Positions 55,516 to 64,000 of a stretch of 64,000 bases of DNA are shown piece by piece. Under the pieces are notes generated by a model, which had not been told where the DNA came from, did not search any database, and saw only the letters and a list, made by a program, of their open reading frames with translations. Each line of letters begins with the position of its first letter. Position 1 is the first letter of the stretch. This DNA comes from Lingula anatina (taxonomy: Eukaryota > Animalia > Brachiopoda): positions 6,882,001-6,946,000 of the forward strand of contig CM120647.1 of NCBI GenBank assembly GCA_051362555.1, in the 5' to 3' direction. Made by a program: the position numbers and the translations under genes.

Positions 55516-56044
55516 TATTATTGCTTCTATTGTTGCTTCATATTTCACATGTTTTAAGCGACTAAAAATTTTTTTGCGAAAACAGAATCAACAGGATCCA
55601 CACATCCAAGGAAAGATACTACCCTCACGAAACTTTCCTACAGAGTATATAGGGTCCTATAAGAAATTTCCAAGGTAGAAATCCTCTAAGCCTTCGATAG
55701 AATTTCTATAGATTCTCATACAGGCCTATAAAGTCCTATAGAACGTTCTATAGGAAATTTTCGTTCGGGCATGTGCATTGAGACGTTTGGAGATCGAGCG
55801 GCGTTGCACGCGTCGCTTCATTCTAAAGAGAAATCATCAGACTCAGAGATTAAGCTTCAAAAGTGTTTTTCATACTCACAGTAGATCCTTCTGTCTTGAG
55901 CGCTGTTCGACGACTACTAGGAATTGTGTTGTATCCGTACACAACCAGGTAAGACAGCTATTATGATGCGGGTTTTAAGCAATAAATTGTATCGTCAGCA
56001 AATGCATGCGTATTCATACTTTTTTTGAATCGGTTTAACTGTCC

Positions 56045-56330
56045 GTTTTTTTAAGAAAGCAATTCTGTTCAAAAATGCATGTTTCTATATTTTATAGATT
56101 TGGTTGATCTGCTCTGATTTTAAGAAAACTATTCTGTCAACAAACGCATTCATCTATATTTTATAATTTTTTTTATTTGTTCTGGGTTTAAGAAAGCAAT
56201 TCTGTCAACACATGCATGTCTCTATATTTTATAGAACTTGTTGATCTGTTCTGGATTTAAAGAAAACAATTCAGTCAACATATGCATATGTCCATATATT
56301 ATAGAACTGGTTGTTATGTTCCGGTTTAAT
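56045..56330. repeat. Diverged tandem repeat of about 69 bp, about 4 units
   Basis: taagaaa..aattctgtcaaca..tgcat..ctatattttatag recurs at about 56052, 56121, 56189 and 56259. Confidence 0.8.
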
Positions 56331-57296
56331 GCGAAATATGCGGCTGACTGTGTTAAGAGATGGGATTGCTTGTTCCATGTGCAAGAATAGCTTAGGTTAG
56401 CAGGGGGTCATCCATTTTCATCATTATTTGCACATGTCCTACGTTGGGGGCTTTGAGGGTTGTATGTCCTCTTTAACGCTTTTGAAAAAAAAGATAATTC
56501 ACAATTGCAGTCAAGGATCACCATTTTAAGTTTTTCACCTTTCCAGCGAACGCAGAACGTTTATGAATGTGACTATAACGTTTTCATAGCGTTTTTGATT
56601 AGTTATTGGAACGTTATAAGACGTTATAATAATGTTATGTCTTTGTTGGGTTGTACTCCCTTGAAGTGAAGTTGGAAAAAAGTCTACCTTTTGTTAATTT
56701 GGGAAGATGACGATAAAATTGATGACCCAAAGGAAAGGAGAGTTAACAACATTGACAAATTATATATATATTTATTGTTCTTAATTATGATGGACATTAT
56801 TTCCGCGCACAGTATGAGTAGGTAGGAATCAAGATATCATATCTCCCTGCCTGCAGCCTTGTTTAACGTTAAAACATTATAAGAGATTACACCCTTAATT
56901 TATGGCTGCCTGGGCACATTATTGAAAATATTTGTCCATTTAATGTCCACTTTCACCAATATTTAAATAATCCAACACCCTGGTAATGAACGGCCATGGC
57001 ATAGCACCAAAAGCATTTTCAAAGCCTGATAAATCACTAACATTCCGGGAATATCATTATTACCTGTGCACTGCATGATATCAAAAACGGTATAGATGCA
57101 CACACCGATGTTTCTTCTACTTGTAAAACTACAATGGTCGTCTAAAATAAGCTTGCTCAAAATTCATGTGTACATGTGTATAACCTCATTTCTAGGCTTC
57201 TCATTGGTCAGTTACAGACTAGGCTTCTCATTGGTCAGTTACAAACTATTCATTATTTTATGCGCTTGTATAATCAAACCGATCAACACACCGGCA

Positions 57297-57600
57297 TACA
57301 CTGATCTTACGAACTAGTTTCATAAATTCACAAAATGTAAATGGCAAAATAAAGCAAGAAATAACTTAAAATGCGGATAAATATTTAACATTGGTAGATA
57401 GATACACTGAACTTACTGACTAGTTTTATAAATTCACAAAATGTAAATGGCAAAATAAAGCAAGAAATAACTTAATATGCGGATAAATTGGTAGATAGAT
57501 ACACTGAACTTACTGACTAGTTTTATAAATTCACAAAATGAAAATGACAAAATAAAACAAGCAAGTAACTTAATACGCGGATAAACATTGGTAGACAGAT
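57297..57600. repeat. Tandem repeat of about 97-106 bp, 3 units
   Basis: tacactga.cttac..actagttt.ataaattcacaaaatg at 57297, 57403 and 57500. Confidence 0.9.
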
Positions 57601-58084
57601 GTGATGGATAAATACGCTATTGAAACATTTTTGGTAAGCGGCCCTTGATATATCAGCTACAAAGCTCTGTATAAATGTTGTTTGTCATAAAACTTATAAG
57701 ATAGCTACATGTTATGGTAAACATATGTCAATATTGTCTGGTATTAATTTTCACTACAAAGAAAAGCTGATAAAATATTTAAATATAACTAAATACTTTA
57801 AAATTTAAATTGTATATGTACATGTATTTTAAACAATTTAATTGTTAAAAAGTTCACCACCAATCACTAGATTGTGCTCAACTTGTTTAGCAAAATGCAT
57901 GATCATTATACATTTATTGGTGAAAAATAATTAAATGTACTCTCTGTGAGATTTACCCGCCAAAATGTATTTTCCCCGGATAACAAGCAATTTTCTCGTA
58001 CTCTCGAATCGTTTTTCTATCCCCTCCCCCCCCCCCTGCATTCGGATTTGACCTTTGATAAAATTTGTAAAGGTTGATTTTAAC

Positions 58085-59155
58085 TTAATGTGACTGTCCA
58101 GTCACATTCAGTATACTCTGCATGAAATTGTCAATGTTGCTCATTAACTGGCCTTCGTATCTGGTCATATATGGATCGAGAGTTTGAAGGCGTTTGGTCA
58201 TGGGATGTGAGCGATAGTGATGGGTGAGTCCTGTATATGCCTTTGTTTCATGCATCGGTCCGTCGGCCTTCTCCGCCCAATGAATGCTCATGGTCCAAAT
58301 TTTATCCGGCCTTACAATCGATTTAAAACAGCATTTCTTGTTGAATTCGAAAATCAGCCTGAATCTATGACGCGTCAGAATGTAAGGCGGATGGTACTTC
58401 AGGAGCCGTTGATCAATGTGTCCCGTGGAATTTTTTCGTATTTTTGCCTTGGCCAAATTGAACTCGGCCTTTTTGAAGTAGTATCCCGCCACATCTTGCG
58501 GTAGGCTTTTTATCATTTTCATCCAGACTCGGGTTTTTCTTGGTACAATGACTTCATCAGTATCCATGAAAACGATGTACTTAAACTTGTGCATGTTGCG
58601 GTACAGGCAATCCTGAACGGCAGCGAGCTCGGCGTAGTAGTGAACTCCTTGCTTATCGTCCCCGTCGGAGGTATTGACGCGTATTTCACGAGGCAAAGGC
58701 CAAGGGACCACGTCAAGAAAGCCTGAAAATACAAGGAAATCAATTTCTATAAAATCAACAATGCCACCGCTGCCACCCTTATTTGTAACTGGTGTACACT
58801 AGCACTAACGTGGAACGTAATTGAAACGCTCCGAGGTCAATTCGTCAGGAACAAATTTTTTCTTCCTTTCTTTTGAAACACATATATCATATGTTTATTG
58901 ACATGAAATTACAATGAAAATATAATTGACGAAAACAAGACGGTAAAGTATGTACATTTGCTATACATTTCGAGGTGTTATTTTGAAAGGTTATCATCTC
59001 ACACCATATGCTGTATATTTTAATATATTCTTATACTCTTATTCAAATAAGAATTGAGAATAAGTAAAAAAAAGCTGGTTTTCAACTACTAATAGTTTTT
59101 TTACAACGGTCTGCCTGATCACAACGACTTTTTGAGACCGTGACACAGCTTATAT

Positions 59156-59203
<48 letters not shown>

Positions 59204-60857
59204 GGCCCCTCTATACTGGACGGCGTCCTTTCTGCGTCCTGAAGTACGGTCCCGTTTGAGAGTAAAAAAACAAGAATAATCTACGTGCCGAAATCTGGCC
59301 GATCATTAAGCATTCATTCTGCAACCAAAGCAATGCTTGTGCCTCCTTCTTACGACCACAACAATGCCAGTTTCATCTATCTCACGAAGGATGCAAAAAG
59401 GACACCGCCCAGTATAAAGGGGGCTTTACACCCACACACACACGCGCGCGTGCACAAACCCCGCAGTAACTGAACTCTACCAACTATGAAACTGTGTACA
59501 AGCACTCACCTTGTGCCACGTAGCCTTGAAGAACGTGATTAAGCACTGGATCTCCGGTGTAATTGTACAGAGTAACATGCTTGGCTCCCAATATCTTGTA
59601 CATTTCAAAGGCTTCCACCAATTTCAGAAAATTCTTGTAATCAAAGAGAGGGGTCTGGATGCAGACGCCTATAATTTGTCTGTCTTTGCCTTTTATCCAG
59701 TTGGGTTGTCTGTCAACGACTTTCAACATTGGAGGCCCTGTTTCTTTGACCGATCTATCACGAACAACTGACACCGCGATAGGTTGTAGCAGCTTGGAGA
59801 CGTCGCAATGGAGGATGGAACAAACATATCTGAAAATAGATTAAGGTAATAAGACAAAGACAGACTTGGGGGAAGGGGGTATTTGCAGAGGACACGTTCC
59901 TCTCAATTATACCCAGGGACATCCTCTCTCTAACAAAAACCTCTTTTAGAGTCCCTGCATCCGTAAGACATTTATTGGAAGTTGATCCAACATCCATTAG
60001 TGTGCAAACAGCGTGCTAGTACAGCAGTGCAGCGACATCAAATAAATATTAGCAAGGAACAGACTAGTGAAACGCTATCAAGGTCGTCTGCAACCAAATC
60101 TGTCAATTTTTAAGGAATTAACGTACGCGCAACGTTGATGGCAGGGTTTTATCATCCCAATACATTTTTTTTCAGTGAGTCAAAAATGAAAGGTCTTTTC
60201 ACGTTCTGTAATAAAAATTTCCATTTTAAACCGGGAATTTATATATCTTTACGAAGAGAGTGGATCAATTATCAGATGAGTAATCCCACTATCATATCAG
60301 AAAAAAAAAAAAAAAAAAAACATACAATACCTTCCACCTTTCGGAATAATTTCCACTGAAAGTTTACGTAGGCTGGTTGAAATCCGAAGGTTACTTTCGT
60401 TCTTTTTTCCGTCCTTTCCAACAGTTTTATGCCACACTCGACAAAAAGAGGGAGCTTTTCTATATTTGTCAATTATAGAAATAATCCTGATAAAGGAATC
60501 TTTTCTGGTGTCCCAGAAAGCCGAAAACACGTAGTGGGTCGTATTTGGAACTAATTTCCATGTGAAGTTCTCCATCAATTTAACTCCATTCACCATTTCT
60601 ACCGTGCCATTAGATTGTTGTAGGAGAACGTGCGCAACGGGAAGTTGCGCAGCGGGTGTCCATGAAGGGAACAGCAAATTCAACGGCGGCTGGTAGCTGC
60701 ATTCAAACAGACCTTCATAAGAAGCCGATTTAGGAACACGGTAAACAGGATAGATCCAAGTGATGTAGTATATCAGGGGTAATAGAAATAACCCTGTCCA
60801 TACCACGAATAAAATAAAAAGATGGCGTTTGATACGGGAATTTGTAAGAATTCGCAT
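58085..60857 (-). CDS. Glycosyltransferase family 92 (DUF23), paralog 2, 494 aa (an in-frame upstream ATG at 60893 would add 12 aa); complement(join(58085..58722,59510..59829,60331..60857))
   Basis: Same motifs and identical first two coding-exon lengths (527, 320) as paralog 1, intact frame. Start chosen by alignment to paralog 1. Confidence 0.92.
59204..59425. mobile_element. Second copy of the GGACGGCGTCC MITE
   Basis: gcccctctatactggacggcgtcctttctg...gacaccgcccagtataaagggggc. Confidence 0.75.
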
Positions 60858-61679
60858 TTTGTTATCAAGTGCATGTAGTCTCCTCTGGTGCATGTAAACG
60901 ACGTCCAGTATAAAGTAGGCCTAAACTTAAACCAGGGAAAGGCTGCAGTGAATTGGTCACGACCTTGAAATAAGATTCAAATTCGTCACATGTAGTTGGA
61001 GTAATAGTCAAAATGAATGCTTGTTAGCGGCTACTGAATCAAGACGGCTTCTTTTTGTCATTTCCAAATTGGTTTCCTCCGTCTATGCCAAGAAGTTCCA
61101 CACTGGATGCTGGTTCTGTAAAAGTATTTAAAATATTAATGATAAATGACATGTAGGGATTATAGACTATATAATATAGTGTAATTTTTTACCGTAGGCT
61201 ACTGGTATGGCGGGTCTAAGATTCTTAGGTACGTACATATACCACCTTCTCCCCACCCATCCCCAAAATTAGGGTAAAGCAATCGAAACGAGGCAAAGCT
61301 AAAATATATTTCTATCCATGTGCCGTGCGTAAAGGGCCTAATCATAAAGTACTGGTAATCCATCCTGTTTTACCTTCTATCTACTGTAATTTTAGAATCA
61401 TAAAAATTTCATTTCTGTTTGTCTGTGGTGCTTTTAATGCATAGTTTAAAAGTATCAGGTAACCTGCTTCTCAATTTTGTTGCTATAAGTCAACATAACG
61501 TTTTATTTAAAGAAATTATGAATTAGGCACTATCCGTAAAATTAATAATTTTCCCCGTTGAAAAGATCGAGCAATTGCCTTATATGTATCAAGCGTAGCC
61601 TCCTACGATATATAAACAGCTGATCAGTAAATAGGTACAAAGTATTAGCAACACATATATGGTACGAGTTCGTGACTGT

Positions 61680-62018
61680 TGCTGCTTATTTATTTTTGCA
61701 GTTTGGTGAAAAAAAGTCGAGGATCGTGTTATTCTGTCCCTCTGCTCGTCTGTGCGTTAGTTTTTTCTTTTTTTAAACCAATAGATGGAGGAATGTGAAT
61801 CTTGGGGAATTGATAGACCTTTCTATCAAGGATGTGCATCAGGGAGTCGCTGCTTGTTTATTCTTCCACTTTGGTAAGAAAGTTAGGGATTGTGTTATCC
61901 TGTCCCTCTGCTCGTTTGTGTGTGTGTGTGTTTTTTTTTCTTTTTTTAAAACCAATAGATTGAAAAACTTGAATCTTGGGAAATTGATAGGCCTTTCTAT
62001 CAGGGATGTACATCAGGG
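61680..62018. repeat. Tandem duplication of about 168 bp
   Basis: gctgctt..tttggt..gtccctctgctcgt..accaatagat..gaatcttggg.aattgatag..ctttctatca.ggatgt.catcaggga occurs twice. Confidence 0.85.
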
Positions 62019-63360
62019 AAGTGGTACTCAGGAAGTGCGCCGAGAGGCCGGGCGGCCCCTTGGGAATGAGTGATTCTATTTGTTTTTCATATTGGAATTT
62101 CTGCTACCTCTACCTAAGGCTAAAGAGTGAGGGTGATGAAATTTTGTAAATTGATTCACCTAAACCATCAGAATTTTAGCTTGGGATTGAATCCTGTCCC
62201 TGGTGGTGGCTTCTTTTTTTATTGTACAATGTATTTTCTGTTACCTCCTCTCAAACTATTTGAGTGAGGAACTTTGGTGAATTATGTATGAGAGAGATGT
62301 GCATAGGTACAAAGAAATTAGTGCAGAAGGACTTGAGACTGTCTTTGTCGGTGGATGATTATAGTTTTTTTTCACGTGGTAATATCTGTTATCTCCTTCT
62401 AGACAGATAAGGCTTTTGCTATTCTGACAGTCAATTTTTTTCATCGAAATTTTTATATAAACAAGCTTGGGAGCAGATTTTAATGCTGTTATTATGCCTT
62501 TCTTTTCAATAACTATTGCTAATGCCCAAACAGTGCCATACGTAACCAGGGATGGGGTAACAGAGGTCCACTTAGCTACTCTTGACAAATTGGGGAAGTA
62601 AGGGGATGTGCTAAGGCTACCCATCTGCAACATCTAGTTCGTAGCTACTAATCGGGTGATTATTCAACATTGAACAGTTTTTGATGGCATTTTTTATAAA
62701 GACCAGTTCGTTTTACTTATATCAAGGCGTACATGCACCTCAGTCCCAGGGGCATAAATTAAATAAAGGAGTTGCCAAAATGCCCTGGTCGCTTATTAAA
62801 GACGGTCATTGCCACCATGTGAAGTATATTAAAAAAGACACCATCAGGCATGCTGTACGTGTAGGATCCTCTGACAACCCCCGCCGACAGTCAAAGATGG
62901 GCCAAAGGGATAACATATGATGTAGGATACTGTACACTGATACGTTAAGAGATCGATTGGCGTTCCATTTGTTGCATCATTCTTAAAGAAACACTACATG
63001 GCAAAGAAACATCATCATACTTACAGTGAAATCTTTCTGTCTTCGTTGCTGTTCAGTGTATTACAGACTGGAATGATCTTTTCTACCCATACTCCAATAA
63101 TACAGCTGCTAGGGGATGCTGGTTATAAAATATTGAATTGGTTGGTCTGGTCTATTCTTAAAGGTGCGGATTGAATTGAATTGATTCATAAACAAAACTC
63201 TGTTTTTCAGGTCTGTGCATCCATTGTAAGAATATGAACTGTGTTTATAAATACGACCATTTTAATGACGTGATCGCGTTCCAGAGATGGAATTGCCTGC
63301 TCCTTGAGATTATACGCGCAATACGACTTGTGGGTACCTTGTCAGGGTCAGCGTGTCAAG

Positions 63361-63535
63361 CGCCTCATTCAGAATGGGGGATTGACTAGTACGAAGGTCA
63401 AATATGGCGACCTACCACAAAGCTTGCCGTCTAACCAGCTAATAGACACTGAATAGATATCCCGTGGGGAAGTATTCAAGTGGGTCAGCCATATTTGACC
63501 CTCGGACTGGTTAGTCTACTGTTCCGAATGGCCCC
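63361..63535. mobile_element. MITE related to 55059-55233
   Basis: IRs cattcagaa..gactagt..ggtcaaatatggc / gccatatttgacc..actggttagtc..ttccgaatg. Confidence 0.6.
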
Positions 63536-64000
63536 ATTGCAGCAGTTTCAAGGTTACACAACCTTGCCATGCAAAGCTAGGCAGTCAGAAAAAAACTTGC
63601 ATTCGTTGGGGTTAGAGTTAAACATTACCGTTTCCTGCGTAGATGATCTAACCATGACGGTTAAATATGGTGTTAATCAATCATTTAAGATTTCAGATAA
63701 GAGCTCTCTAAGTCAAAATTAAAAACGTTATTGTTGACTTATAGCAACAAAACTGAGAAGCTGGCTACCTTATACTTTTAAACAATGCATTGAAAGCACC
63801 TCAGGCAAACAGAGATGATTTTTTTATTCTATAATTACATTCTATAATAAATGATAAACTAACCACAGAGCCATTTACCGTCAGAAAAGACTCAAGTTGT
63901 ATGCCTCACATACTGAACTGCCTTGTCAATGTTTTCTAATATCTTTTCGCCGAATCTAAAAATTGAGGCATCCGTTATTATTCCACTCCCCATGAAGTGT

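Overview
AT-rich, intron-rich eukaryotic genomic DNA from a marine invertebrate. A spliced hemerythrin gene points to a lophotrochozoan or priapulid; from memory the protein looks most like brachiopod (Lingula-type) hemerythrins, which is an unverified inference. I reconstructed six protein-coding genes by hand with GT-AG introns and consistent phases: a membrane-anchored FkbM/Star-like methyltransferase (+, 14476-16398), RPL19 (-, 19791-22366), a 21-exon ATP-dependent 6-phosphofructokinase (+, 22749-39833) head-to-head with RPL19, a 4-exon hemerythrin (-, 45487-47872), and two tandem paralogous GT92/DUF23 glycosyltransferases (-, 51590-54150 and 58085-60857). The non-coding DNA is full of small non-autonomous DNA transposons from at least five TSD classes (TA, 3, 5, 8 and 9 bp), often nested or stacked. 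It also holds two copies of a Helentron-type element with a 145-146 bp internal tandem array. Intact array units carry a perfect nuclear-receptor DR1 plus a TCAAGGTCA (ERR/SF-1) site, and one copy lies in a PFK intron; this is my best candidate for an undescribed regulatory system, but its function is speculative. No autonomous transposase, rRNA, convincing tRNA or CRISPR array was found. Most ORF-track entries are spurious.
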